Below, piece after piece: positions 1 through 9,419 of a stretch of 64,000 nucleotides of DNA; position 1 is the first letter of the stretch; every line of letters starts with the position of its first letter. The stretch covers positions 23,795 through 87,794 of IMG/VR virus record IMGVR_UViG_3300025122_000009, one strand, 5' to 3'. Position numbers and translations under genes: made by a program. Source of the stretch: a virus. Below the pieces are notes generated by a model. That model did no database searches. It saw only the letters and a program-made list of their open reading frames with translations, and was not told the DNA's origin.

Positions 1-1443
1 GACGAGACACAGGGGATTACAAACGTTATTGGATTACCGACTCCTGAAGTTGAGCGCCTGGAAGGAGAGGATAAAACTAATCCCAATTATGTTCAGTATC
101 AATGGAACTCCGGAGGGCTCACTTTCGAAAACTGGCAGATAGGCCATTTTAGGATCCTGGGCAACGATAAGTACGCTCCTTATGGTACATCGGTTCTGGA
201 GCCGGCGCGCCGGATTTGGCGCCAATTAACTCTTTTAGAAGATGCGATGATGGCCTATCGTATTGTTCGTTCTCCGGAACGTCGTGTATTTTATATTGAT
301 GTGGGCAACATCTCTCCTAATGATGTGGAGCAATATATGCAGCGAGTAATGACGCAAATGAAGCGTAATCAGGTTGTTGATCCGTCAACTGGAAGAGTGG
401 ACTTACGATATAATCCCATGAGTGTAGAAGAAGATTATTTTATTCCGGTGCGTGGGGGAGTTAGCTCTAAGATAGAATCTCTCGCTGGAGGGACCTACAC
501 CGGCGATATCGATGACGTTAAATATTTGAGAGATAAATTGTTTTCTGCGATTAAAATTCCTGCGGCTTATCTCACTTCTACCGAGGAAGCGGCAGAAGAA
601 AAGACCACACTAGCACAAAAAGACATTCGTTTTGCGCGAACAATTCAGCGTCTCCAGCGGTCTGTGGTGACCGAGTTAGAAAAAATTGGCATTATTCATT
701 TGTATACTGTTGGCTTCAGGCAAGAAGATTTAATTTCTTTCAAGCTTAAGTTAAACAACCCGTCCAGAATTGCCGAATTACAAGAGTTAGAGCACTGGAG
801 AACGAAGTTCGAGATCGCAGGGTCGGCAACGGAGGGATTCTTTAGCAAGCGATGGGTGGCTCATAATGTCTTTAACGTTCCTGACGAAGAATTCGTGCGC
901 ATTCAGCGGGAAATGTATCACGATAGAAAGTTTGAAGCACTCCTGGAAAAAGCTGCCGAAGCTGTTACTGCGGGAGGAGAGCCCGGTACCGGGGAAGAGA
1001 TGGGAGACGAGCTTGGTGGCGACTTAGGGGGAGACGAGCTTGGTGGCGACTTAGGGGGAGACGAGCTTGGTGGAGAAGAAATGGGAGGCGAAGAGGCCGG
1101 TGAGGATGAAGGAATGTTGCTCGCTGCACCACCCGCCAAACGAGATGATATTGGAAGAAAAATGTATACATCCCGTGGTGCAAAAGGGAAAGATTATAAA
1201 CCCGTAGTAAGCCGCAACCCAGCCGGGGACAGAAAGAAAAACCATAAAAGCAAGTACGCCGCCGAGATGGGGGGAGGCAACTTAAGAAATATATATAAAG
1301 GTTTTGAGCTATCAAAAGGAATTTATGAAGCGAAAGAACCTAATTATAAAGAAGATGAAAAAAAGATGTTTGAAGTTAATCGGGAAGTGAAAAAATTAAT
1401 AAAAGAATTGGAGTCACGAGATAATGAAGCTAAAGCACAATAA
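1..1443 (+). CDS. Portal vertex protein, T4 gp20-like (5'-truncated)
   Basis: Frame 1 is open from base 1 (DETQGITNVIG...YGTSVLEPARRIWRQLTLLEDAMMAYRIVRSPERRVFYIDVGN). gp20 motifs include EDYFIPVRG, IESLAGG, DDVKYLRDKLFSAIKIP and DIRFARTIQRLQ. Acidic Gly-rich C-terminal tail. Confidence 0.93.
   Translation, partial: DETQGITNVIGLPTPEVERLEGEDKTNPNYVQYQWNSGGLTFENWQIGHFRILGNDKYAPYGTSVLEPARRIWRQLTLLEDAMMAYRIVRSPERRVFYIDVGNISPNDVEQYMQRVMTQMKRNQVVDPSTGRVDLRYNPMSVEEDYFIPVRGGVSSKIESLAGGTYTGDIDDVKYLRDKLFSAIKIPAAYLTSTEEAAEEKTTLAQKDIRFARTIQRLQRSVVTELEKIGIIHLYTVGFRQEDLISFKLKLNNPSRIAELQELEHWRTKFEIAGSATEGFFSKRWVAHNVFNVPDEEFVRIQREMYHDRKFEALLEKAAEAVTAGGEPGTGEEMGDELGGDLGGDELGGDLGGDELGGEEMGGEEAGEDEGMLLAAPPAKRDDIGRKMYTSRGAKGKDYKPVVSRNPAGDRKKNHKSKYAAEMGGGNLRNIYKGFELSKGIYEAKEPNYKEDEKKMFEVNREVKKLIKELESRDNEAKAQ
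1003..1073 (+). repeat. 27-bp in-frame tandem repeat (~2.6 copies) encoding GDELGGDLG in the portal tail
   Basis: Unit GGAGACGAGCTTGGTGGCGACTTAGGG at 1003 and 1030, partial copy at 1057. Confidence 0.9.
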
Positions 1444-2245
1444 GAAGAGGAATACCGTTTTTTTATTTGAAACGTTAGTGCGGGAACTTACTAAATCTAT
1501 TATAAGAAAAGACCCCCGTTACAAAGAACAACTAGTTTCTATTATTAAAGAAACTTTTAACAAAGAGAAGATTCTTGGGAAAGAATTGACGTTATATAAA
1601 TCTCTACTTCAAAGACAGAATCTAAAAATCCATTTAGCTGAAAAATTAATTTTTGAGGCACGCAGCCAATATAGGAAACTTGATAAAGATAAGATTTTTG
1701 TAGAGCAAAGTAAATTAATCAAAGAGATTAATCAAAGTTTATCTAAAAAAGTCTTTGCGAACTATATCCCCAATTATAAAAGTATCGCTACCGTTTATCA
1801 AATATTTAATGATGAATTGCTTCCTAGAAAAAGAGTTCTTTTAGAAGATACCGTGGTGGGGTGGCTCACCGGCGTCCCCCACACCGAGGGGAGCAATCTA
1901 CCAAAAGTAGATAATTTAGTAATAAGAAAATTTGTTGACAATTTTAATAGTAGATATGGCGCTGCCATGCTAAGGGAGCAAAAAGAATTATTACAAAAAT
2001 ACATTTTCTCCTTTAGGGATAACGGTGTCGAATTCAAATTATTTTTGAATGAAGAGTTGGGACGCTTAAAGACAGTCATTAAAAATGGGCTCAAGATAGA
2101 AGAAATCGAAAAGGATAGCGTGTTGCAGCGCAAAAGCAAAGAGGTTCTAACTCTCATGGAAACATTTAAAGAGGAACCGCTTTCTAGTGCGATGGTAGAA
2201 AAAATCGTCAAGATTCAACATTTAGCCAGCGAGATAAAAAGCTAA
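1424..2245 (+). CDS. Hypothetical phage protein (head module)
   Basis: 273-aa ORF overlapping the portal stop; helical; no recognisable motif. Confidence 0.75.
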   Translation: MKLKHNKKRNTVFLFETLVRELTKSIIRKDPRYKEQLVSIIKETFNKEKILGKELTLYKSLLQRQNLKIHLAEKLIFEARSQYRKLDKDKIFVEQSKLIKEINQSLSKKVFANYIPNYKSIATVYQIFNDELLPRKRVLLEDTVVGWLTGVPHTEGSNLPKVDNLVIRKFVDNFNSRYGAAMLREQKELLQKYIFSFRDNGVEFKLFLNEELGRLKTVIKNGLKIEEIEKDSVLQRKSKEVLTLMETFKEEPLSSAMVEKIVKIQHLASEIKS

Positions 2246-2799
2246 TGCCGATTACCGTTAATATAGGGAAAGAAGCTGTCGAAGCTTCCGAAGCAGAACA
2301 GAGACCTGTTCAAAGTCGGATAGCTCTAAATGCTCGAAGAAGTTTGGATGGCAATTATATGATTTTTAACCACCCTGAGATTGATATTATTGTAATGCCA
2401 GAGAAAAATAAAGTTGTCTCCTTTTCTAAGGAAAAGGCGAGCAAGAATGTGTATGACGCCCAGGATAGGCTATTCCAGTATTTAATTAGGCGTGGTACGA
2501 TTGAGTTTGATTCTGTACAAGGGGGAAATATTTATAACTCTTTGGAGGCTTCAATTTTAGAATCTAAAATTGAAGGGGTTAATTCCGTTCAGAGCGTGCT
2601 GTATAATATTGGTAAATTTTTAATGGAGGAAAAACCTTACTACGCCTTTCTTAAAAGTTATTTTGAGGAAGAAGAAGATTGGCTTTTGGATCCGGATGCC
2701 AAGCACTCTACCGAACTCGGGGAAGTGCCCCAGGAAGAAATTAAAGGTGATATCCGCCCTGGAATGTTGCCTTATGGCCTATATTACGAGTATTATTAA
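2245..2799 (+). CDS. Hypothetical phage protein
   Basis: 184-aa ORF, TAATG coupling to the upstream gene. Confidence 0.75.
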   Translation: MPITVNIGKEAVEASEAEQRPVQSRIALNARRSLDGNYMIFNHPEIDIIVMPEKNKVVSFSKEKASKNVYDAQDRLFQYLIRRGTIEFDSVQGGNIYNSLEASILESKIEGVNSVQSVLYNIGKFLMEEKPYYAFLKSYFEEEEDWLLDPDAKHSTELGEVPQEEIKGDIRPGMLPYGLYYEYY

Positions 2800-2810
2800 C
2801 GGAGGAATAA

Positions 2811-3107
2811 TTGGATCTTTTATATTTTGTTTTAACAGCTTATGGATTAACTCAGCTTTTAGTTTTCGCCTCTATATTCCGCCCCATCCGCCCCCAGCAT
2901 CATTTTTTCCATTGTGCAATGTGCATGGGCTTTTGGGTCGGCGCGTTTTTGTTCGGCATTAATGAGTTTACAGAACTATTTACATTTGACTATAACGTCG
3001 CCAATTTTTTTATTTTGAGTTGGCTTAGTTCTGGAACTTCATATTTTGTTAATATGTTATTAAAGGATGAGGGTATAAGGTATGAACACAAAATCACCAA
3101 AGAATAA
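2811..3107 (+). CDS. Small membrane protein with CxxC (HCAMCMGFW), DUF1360-like
   Basis: GGAGG RBS then TTG start; about 3 hydrophobic segments; C-x2-C-x2-FW motif. Confidence 0.6.
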   Translation: MDLLYFVLTAYGLTQLLVFASIFRPIRPQHHFFHCAMCMGFWVGAFLFGINEFTELFTFDYNVANFFILSWLSSGTSYFVNMLLKDEGIRYEHKITKE

Positions 3108-3153
3108 AAAATGGCAACTTCAACGAGTTCGACGGTGTTGTAGTGGCTCTTAG
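3082..3153 (+). CDS. Putative 23-aa peptide MNTKSPKNKKWQLQRVRRCCSGS
   Basis: ATG at 3082 after GAGGGT/AAGG; fills the gap before the protease gene; too short for the ORF track. Confidence 0.4.
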   Translation: MNTKSPKNKKWQLQRVRRCCSGS

Positions 3154-3189
3154 CTCACGCGGGTAGTGCCCGCATGAAGGAAAAATAGT

Positions 3190-3789
3190 ATGCCTAAACA
3201 ACTTCTCAGAGAATACTATGAATTGTGTGAGGGTGGAATTTGCCAAGATTTGTTAACAGAGGAAGAAAAGCGCTTTGTTAAAAATGGCGGCATGATTTTG
3301 TCTGGAAAACTTCAAGAAGCCGAGGCTCAAAATGGAAATGGCCGCGTTTATCCGATTGCCACACTTCAGAGAGAAATGAAAAATTACCAAAAAGTAATAG
3401 ACGACCGCCGCGCCCTAGGCGAGTTAGATCATCCGGATGATTCAGTTATTAATTTAAAGAACGCTTCTCACTTGGTCACTGAAGCGTGGTGGGATGGAAA
3501 TAGCGTGATGGGCAAAGTACGAATTTTGGACACTCCTTCTGGGGGTGTGTTAAAATCTCTAGTTAATTCAGGAGTTTCTCTCGGCATTTCCTCCCGAGGC
3601 TTAGGTTCTGTGACCGAAGCTAACGGGCGCACACTGGTGGAAGATGATTTTCAATTGATATGTTTTGATTTTGTTTCAGAACCTTCCACCACCGGCGCTT
3701 ACATGGCTCTTCAAGAGGGGGCTGCTAAACAGATTTTTTCGAAGACAGATAGAATTAATAGGGCGCTCAACAGCGTACTGGAGAAATAG
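3190..3789 (+). CDS. Prohead core protease, T4 gp21-like
   Basis: NGNGRVYP, ALGELDHP, ASH and GISSRGLGS (His/Ser catalytic motifs), FDFVSEPST. Confidence 0.92.
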   Translation: MPKQLLREYYELCEGGICQDLLTEEEKRFVKNGGMILSGKLQEAEAQNGNGRVYPIATLQREMKNYQKVIDDRRALGELDHPDDSVINLKNASHLVTEAWWDGNSVMGKVRILDTPSGGVLKSLVNSGVSLGISSRGLGSVTEANGRTLVEDDFQLICFDFVSEPSTTGAYMALQEGAAKQIFSKTDRINRALNSVLEK

Positions 3790-4221
3790 ATGAAGAAGTC
3801 GGACCTTAAAAGACTTATTAAACCCATTGTGCAAGAGTGCATACAAGAATCACTTTTGGAAGATGGGGTTTTGTCTCGGGTCATATCTGAAGTAATGATG
3901 GGGCTAGCTCCCCAGGCGCAATTAGTTAGCGAAGACAGGGAAAGGGCGCCCACTCACCAGGCCAAGCCGAGGGGTGAAAGCGAAGTACTGCAGCAACTTA
4001 AACAACAAAGACACCAGATGTTAGATAGCATTGGTACCACGTCCTACAACGGGGTCAATCTGTTTGAAGGTACTGACCCTCTAAGCAGCGCTGGCACACC
4101 TGGAGAGGCGGCATCACCCACGTCACCCCTGTCGGGTATCGACGCACGAGATCCCGGTGTAGATATTTCGTCGTTGGCTGGCGTCTTTGGGAACACATGG
4201 AAGGCAATTGGGAATGGCTAA
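3790..4221 (+). CDS. Hypothetical phage protein (head module)
   Basis: 143-aa ORF abutting the protease gene. Confidence 0.7.
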   Translation: MKKSDLKRLIKPIVQECIQESLLEDGVLSRVISEVMMGLAPQAQLVSEDRERAPTHQAKPRGESEVLQQLKQQRHQMLDSIGTTSYNGVNLFEGTDPLSSAGTPGEAASPTSPLSGIDARDPGVDISSLAGVFGNTWKAIGNG

Positions 4222-4444
4222 GAACGTGAATGTAAGTGTAGAGAGAAGAGAAGGGGAGACTGTAGAGAGGCTCCTTAGACGGTTTGTGAAGAGAGTGAAA
4301 AAAGAAGGTATTTTAGAAGAATATCGCGAGAGGCAGTATTATGAGAAGCCTTCTGACAAAAAGAGAAGAATTAAAAGTGGACAAAAACGCATCGCCCAGC
4401 GAAAACAAGAAGAACAAAAAAAAGATTTAGAGAGGAAAAATTAA
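4214..4444 (+). CDS. rpsU: Ribosomal protein bS21
   Basis: MAKNVNVSVERREGETVERLLRRFVKRVKKEGILEEYRERQYYEKPSDKKRR matches the S21 pattern (E..E..LRRF.....K.G...E.R.R.YYEKPS..RR). ATG at 4214 is preferred over the track start at 4187. Confidence 0.9.
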   Translation: MAKNVNVSVERREGETVERLLRRFVKRVKKEGILEEYRERQYYEKPSDKKRRIKSGQKRIAQRKQEEQKKDLERKN

Positions 4445-4882
4445 ATGGCTTATTACCAACAAAAGAAGGGGCTAGGAAATGTGGGTTCATACCAAATATC
4501 AAGCATCCCGTATGCCACGTCCTCGATTACGGTTCCCCACTTGTCCGAAGGCACTCCACTAAGAGTTGATTTTCCGATGGTGTCGAAATTTGTAACTGTT
4601 GTCAACTCAGGATCGACTAGCGGCGATGGGCGCATGCGAGTGGGATTTTCGTCTTTAGGAGTGACGGGATCAGAAGTGTCTGTTGGGGGTATTTCGGGTC
4701 AGAATTATTATTTTACTTTAGAGGAAGGAAATTCCTATACGGCCGATTGGCGCGTAGAGAGTCTATATTTGATGATGGATAACGTACACCACGGGGGGAC
4801 AGCCAGTGTTATTGCCGGCCTTACAGGAATTTCAAGCGGCTCAATTTCCGCCAATTGGTCGGGCACCATAGGGGTTGGGTGA
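4445..4882 (+). CDS. Hypothetical Gly/Ser/Thr-rich beta protein, probable virion component
   Basis: 145 aa; structural-protein composition; head module location. Confidence 0.6.
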   Translation: MAYYQQKKGLGNVGSYQISSIPYATSSITVPHLSEGTPLRVDFPMVSKFVTVVNSGSTSGDGRMRVGFSSLGVTGSEVSVGGISGQNYYFTLEEGNSYTADWRVESLYLMMDNVHHGGTASVIAGLTGISSGSISANWSGTIGVG

Positions 4883-4965
4883 TACGACCGCTGTCCCTTA
4901 TATTTAGCAAGCCTTTAGCCTTATAGCTTCTTAAGTTAAAAAACAGTCATTTAACTATTTTAAAC

Positions 4966-4975
4966 ACTATTTATA
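4966..4975 (+). promoter_or_regulatory. Putative late promoter motif ACTATTTATA
   Basis: Recurring intergenic motif, here upstream of scaffold/MCP. Confidence 0.65.
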
Positions 4976-5021
4976 AACGATGTAAATTAATTTAGTTTTG
5001 CCAAGTCGAAGGAGCACTAAA

Positions 5022-6044
5022 ATGTCAACAATGTTAGAGCAAGCGATTCTGGATGCGGAAGCCCTTAAAGAGGCTGCTGTCAAGAATGCTGAACAGATTG
5101 TGATCGAAAAATACCAAACGGAAATAAAAGAAGCAGTTGAGACCCTTCTAGAGCAACCTGAAGATGATCCTTTCGGGGACCCCCTCGATCCCCTAGGGGG
5201 GGAAGAAGCAGTCCCGGAAACAGATGAAGAGTTGGCACAGCAGATTCCCCTGGCCTCTACGGAAGGAGAAAAATTATGCCCGTGCCCTGGAGAGGAAGAA
5301 GAAATTGAAATCGATTTCGATCAATTGGCTGCGCAAATGAAAGCCGAAGACGAGGAAGGGGAAGAAGATACGGACGCCGCGCTAGAGATAGGCTCTCCGC
5401 TGATGGAAGGCGAAGAAGAAGTAGAACTTAACGAAGACGAACTTATAGACATTTTAGAAGAATTAACTTTGGACATGGAAGCTACTCAATCCGGATGGAT
5501 GAACCGGCCTACCTATGAAATTGAGCATGAGGTAGACAAATTACAAGCCAAAACGCCTGTAGAACTGGATATCGAGGTGGATGAAGAAGAGGTGGCTAAG
5601 TCTACTACATATTTGAGCGAGTCTTTAGAAGAGGCAAAAAAACAAATTAATAAATTAAAAAATAATATTATGGAACGTACAGAAGAAAACGTGAAATATA
5701 AACAAATACTTTTGCAAATGCGAGATACTTTAAATGAAGTTAATCTTCAAAATGCAAAGTTGCTCTATACAAACCAAGCTTTGGGTGACGACTCCCTGAA
5801 TGAGCGGCAACGTAAAACTATTGCCGAGGCCATCTCAAAAGCCGGTTCTGTAGCAGAGGCTAAGACAATTTTCGAAGCACTTCAGAGCACGGTGGGTAAA
5901 GCTTCCGTTTCAAGGCGAAGAGCGCCAAAATCACTAGGCGAGGCTGTTGAGAGAAGGTCTATAACACTTCCCCATAACAGGGGACAAAAAGCCAAGGCCG
6001 ATCATTTTTCTGATCGGTTGAAGCTTTTAGCTGGTATTAAATAA
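5022..6044 (+). CDS. Prohead scaffolding/core protein, gp22-like
   Basis: Acidic coiled-coil protein directly upstream of MCP; GGAG RBS before ATG 5022; ends RLKLLAGIK. Confidence 0.75.
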   Translation: MSTMLEQAILDAEALKEAAVKNAEQIVIEKYQTEIKEAVETLLEQPEDDPFGDPLDPLGGEEAVPETDEELAQQIPLASTEGEKLCPCPGEEEEIEIDFDQLAAQMKAEDEEGEEDTDAALEIGSPLMEGEEEVELNEDELIDILEELTLDMEATQSGWMNRPTYEIEHEVDKLQAKTPVELDIEVDEEEVAKSTTYLSESLEEAKKQINKLKNNIMERTEENVKYKQILLQMRDTLNEVNLQNAKLLYTNQALGDDSLNERQRKTIAEAISKAGSVAEAKTIFEALQSTVGKASVSRRRAPKSLGEAVERRSITLPHNRGQKAKADHFSDRLKLLAGIK

Positions 6045-6065
6045 CTTAATGGAGGATTAAACAAA

Positions 6066-8012
6066 ATGTCAGTATTAGATAGATTAACAGAAGGTGTTGT
6101 TAATCGCAATCTCCAGAAAGAAGGTGCCGCTTTGCTTAATAAGTGGGAAAAGACTGGACTTCTTGAAGGGATGGGCGATGAGAACGCCAAATCGGGTATG
6201 GCCCGACTGCTTGAAAACCAAGCAAAAGAGCTTCTTCGTGAAGCTAGTTCCATGGCAGCGGGCGATGTTCAAGGATTCGCCGCAGTTGCTTTTCCAATCG
6301 TGCGCCGAGTTTTTGGCTCTTTGATTGCAAATGATCTCGTGTCGGTTCAACCAATGAGCTTGCCATCGGGCCTCATTTTCTTCCTTGATTTTACTTTTGC
6401 GAATCGCAAGCTTGATCAGGGTTTGAACACCTCGCTGTATGGCGGTGGCCGTGTGGCTTCCCAAATTACGGGCGGTGTTGTTCTTACCGACCAGAATGCT
6501 GAAAGGAGCTTTTATGCGCTCAATCAGGGCTATTCGTCTCCAACTGGGGCGGGGCGGCAGGATATGGTTCTCATCGCTTCTGGCGTTGTTGGAAGTAATT
6601 TCCGCGACGATGCGCCTATCTCAGCGAGCGGTCCTGTGACAGCCGCCTCTTATGGTGGCGGCAATATTGCTACGAACTTGTCTAAGTTGTGTCAGTATGA
6701 TCCTGACTTGGAAGGTAAATCAGTTGTTGTTTACACGATGCCATCGAACTTAACTGCTGTTGGCAGCGACGGCGACGGCCAATCCGCTACTTTCGCTCAA
6801 TTTAATCGTAATGATATGATCACAATTGACTTTAACGATGGTGGCAATCCTTGGTGTACTGCCGATGGTCAAAACACTGGTGAGGGCGTCGTTTGTCGTC
6901 ATGTCCGACGCTTGACAGATCTCGTGGGAGCGAGTGCAGCAGACGCCGGCTTGGCATTGAATGCGTTGCCTATCAATAGTGCTGCCAGCAACTTGGTTCT
7001 TGTTTTCGAGAGCACCTCTAGTGTCGGCAGCGAAATTATTACAGCAGACATGACGCAATCTATTAATCGTGGCGGCGCCCGTTCTGGCCCCCATAGGCGG
7101 ACTAATTTCGCGACCTGTAGTTTTGCCATTACTGACCAATTTAACAACGTTGGTGCAGGTGCTATTGGTGCTGTCGTGGGTGCGAACGCCTGGGGTTTGG
7201 AAGAACCCAAGCCGTCAACCGGACTGTCCGGTTCCGGCGATGCCAAAAACGTAATTCCTGAGATTGATATCAAAGTGGATAGTGTTGCGGTGACGGCGAT
7301 TACTAAAAAGCTCAAAGCTAAGTGGTCTCCAGAGCTTGGACAGGATCTGCAAGCATATCACAACCTTGATGCCGAAGTCGAACTTACGAGTATTCTTTCT
7401 GAGCAAATTGCTTTGGAAATTGATCGTGAGATTTTGGAAGATCTTATCAAAGGTGCTACTGCTGAAACTTATTATTGGAGTCGGCGTCCCGGTTTATTCG
7501 TAAATCGCAACACCGGAGCGGACACTAGTAATGGGGCCAATCCTCCCGACTTTACGGGTACTGTGTCTGAGTGGTATGAGACACTTCTGGAAACAGTCAA
7601 TGACGTTTCCGCTCAGATTCACCGTAAGACGCTTCGTGGTGGGGCAAACTTCTTGGTTTGCAGCCCCGAAGTGGCGAATCTCCTTGAGTTTACCACCGGT
7701 TTCCGCGCAAGCGTGACCGCTGATACCCCCAAGGGCACAGCCGGGGCAATTAAGGTGGGTCAAATTAGCAAGAAGTGGGACATTTATGTTGATCCGTACT
7801 TCGTGCGTAATGTGATTCTAGTTGGTCGTAAGGGCGGTAGCTTCCTCGAAAGTGGATATGTTTACTCACCCTACGTTCCACTCCAGGTCACTCCCACTAT
7901 CTTTGGTACGGAAGATTTCGTACCGCGTAAAGGGGTTATGACTCGTTACGCTAAGAAGATGGTCCGACCCGATATGTATGGCTTGGTTATTATTCAAAAT
8001 CTTCTTGGCTAA
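6066..8012 (+). CDS. Major capsid protein, T4 gp23-like, with large internal insertion
   Basis: LLENQ, FPIVRRVFGSLIANDLVSVQPMSLPSGLIF, KLKAKWSPELGQDLQAYHNLDAEVELTSILSEQIALEIDREIL, GYVYSPYVPL, GVMTRYA. Confidence 0.95.
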   Translation: MSVLDRLTEGVVNRNLQKEGAALLNKWEKTGLLEGMGDENAKSGMARLLENQAKELLREASSMAAGDVQGFAAVAFPIVRRVFGSLIANDLVSVQPMSLPSGLIFFLDFTFANRKLDQGLNTSLYGGGRVASQITGGVVLTDQNAERSFYALNQGYSSPTGAGRQDMVLIASGVVGSNFRDDAPISASGPVTAASYGGGNIATNLSKLCQYDPDLEGKSVVVYTMPSNLTAVGSDGDGQSATFAQFNRNDMITIDFNDGGNPWCTADGQNTGEGVVCRHVRRLTDLVGASAADAGLALNALPINSAASNLVLVFESTSSVGSEIITADMTQSINRGGARSGPHRRTNFATCSFAITDQFNNVGAGAIGAVVGANAWGLEEPKPSTGLSGSGDAKNVIPEIDIKVDSVAVTAITKKLKAKWSPELGQDLQAYHNLDAEVELTSILSEQIALEIDREILEDLIKGATAETYYWSRRPGLFVNRNTGADTSNGANPPDFTGTVSEWYETLLETVNDVSAQIHRKTLRGGANFLVCSPEVANLLEFTTGFRASVTADTPKGTAGAIKVGQISKKWDIYVDPYFVRNVILVGRKGGSFLESGYVYSPYVPLQVTPTIFGTEDFVPRKGVMTRYAKKMVRPDMYGLVIIQNLLG

Positions 8013-8042
8013 GATTAAGTAATAACTGAGAGTCGTATCTCG

Positions 8043-8075
8043 CCCCACTTTCGCTTGTCGAAAGTGGGGTTTTTT
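8043..8075 (+). terminator. Rho-independent terminator after MCP
   Basis: CCCCACTTTCG-cttgt-CGAAAGTGGGG followed by TTTTTT. Confidence 0.85.
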
Positions 8076-8124
8076 ATTTCTATTAATAAAAGCCAAATCT
8101 ATTTACTAGCGGAGGATTATATTT

Positions 8125-9414
8125 ATGGCAGTCCCAACTTTGACACCAGCTAGCGTAGTGAGTGCTGTTGTGTTGCCGGTCACAGGCACATATACCAACG
8201 TTAATTCACCCACCAACCCACTTCCTTTCGGGATTTATTGCCAAAGTGAATTGGAAAGTAGTACTCTGGCGTTTGTTTCGGGCGCCGTAGACCAAGTGGC
8301 ATACGTGTATAAAAAGTTGGGTGGTGATGTATTAGATTTAGAGATAACAGAATATCAAGTTTATGCTGCTTACGAAGAATCTGTTTTAGAATACTCCTAT
8401 ATTATTAATTCGCATCAAGCTAAAAATGTTTTATCCGACGTTTTAGGCAATACTACGGCTTCTTTTAACGAGGACGGCCAGATCATGCCCGGGGATGAAT
8501 TATCAGGCTCCCAGGTGGAACTAAAATATCCTAAGTTCACTTATACCTATTCACGTAGAATTGCTGATGGTATTTCTACAGAGGCCAATATCGGAGGGTC
8601 AGAAAACATTTACTCGGCATCTTTTTTTATGACGGGCGGCATTCAGGATTATGATTTACAGACAATAATTTCAAGTAGTGCAAACAATACTGCACGACCT
8701 TACTACAATTTGGTTAAAAATAATAAAATTACTGTAAGAAAAGTTTATTATAGAACTCCTCGCTCGATGTGGCGATTTTATGGGTATTATGGGGGGATGA
8801 ATGTTGTTGGCAACATGTCCACTTACGGGCAATTTGCCGATGATTCTACTTTTCAGATAGTGCCCGTTTGGCAGAACAAGGCCCAGGCCATGGCCTACGA
8901 AGATGCTATTTATACTCGTGTTTCACATTGGTCCTATGAAATTAAAAATAATAATTTAAGGTTGTTTCCCATTCCTACGAGCAATTACTCCCCGGAGAAA
9001 TTTTGGATTGAATTTACAGTCCAAACAGATGCCTGGGTTGACGACGCAGATTCTAAAACGGGGACTGATGGCATAAACAACATGAATACGATGCCTTTTG
9101 AGAATATTCCATATGTTAACATTAATAGTATCGGGAAACAGTGGATACGTAGATTTGCTTTGGCGTTATCAAAAGAGATGCTAGGACAAGTGAGGAGCAA
9201 ATTTGCTACCATCCCTATCCCTAATGAGTCGGTGACTTTAAATGGGGATGCTTTGGTTACACAAGGAAAAGAAGAGCAAGAGAAATTACGAGAAGAATTA
9301 AAAACATTATTAGATGAACTTACTTACAATAAATTAGCGGAACAAGATGCTGCTTTGGTAGATTCTTCAAATAAAGTAATGCAGCAAATTCCTTTTGGGG
9401 TCTTTGTGGGGTAA
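8125..9414 (+). CDS. Neck protein, T4 gp13-like head-tail adaptor
   Basis: YKKLGGDVLDLEITEYQV, WIRRFALALSKEMLGQVRSKF, VTLNGDAL...GKEEQEKLREEL; position after MCP. Confidence 0.8.
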   Translation: MAVPTLTPASVVSAVVLPVTGTYTNVNSPTNPLPFGIYCQSELESSTLAFVSGAVDQVAYVYKKLGGDVLDLEITEYQVYAAYEESVLEYSYIINSHQAKNVLSDVLGNTTASFNEDGQIMPGDELSGSQVELKYPKFTYTYSRRIADGISTEANIGGSENIYSASFFMTGGIQDYDLQTIISSSANNTARPYYNLVKNNKITVRKVYYRTPRSMWRFYGYYGGMNVVGNMSTYGQFADDSTFQIVPVWQNKAQAMAYEDAIYTRVSHWSYEIKNNNLRLFPIPTSNYSPEKFWIEFTVQTDAWVDDADSKTGTDGINNMNTMPFENIPYVNINSIGKQWIRRFALALSKEMLGQVRSKFATIPIPNESVTLNGDALVTQGKEEQEKLREELKTLLDELTYNKLAEQDAALVDSSNKVMQQIPFGVFVG

Positions 9415-9419
9415 TATGA

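Noticed and set aside
1003-1073. 27-bp repeats as CRISPR or origin iterons
   Set aside because: Contiguous, in-frame, and encoding the acidic portal tail
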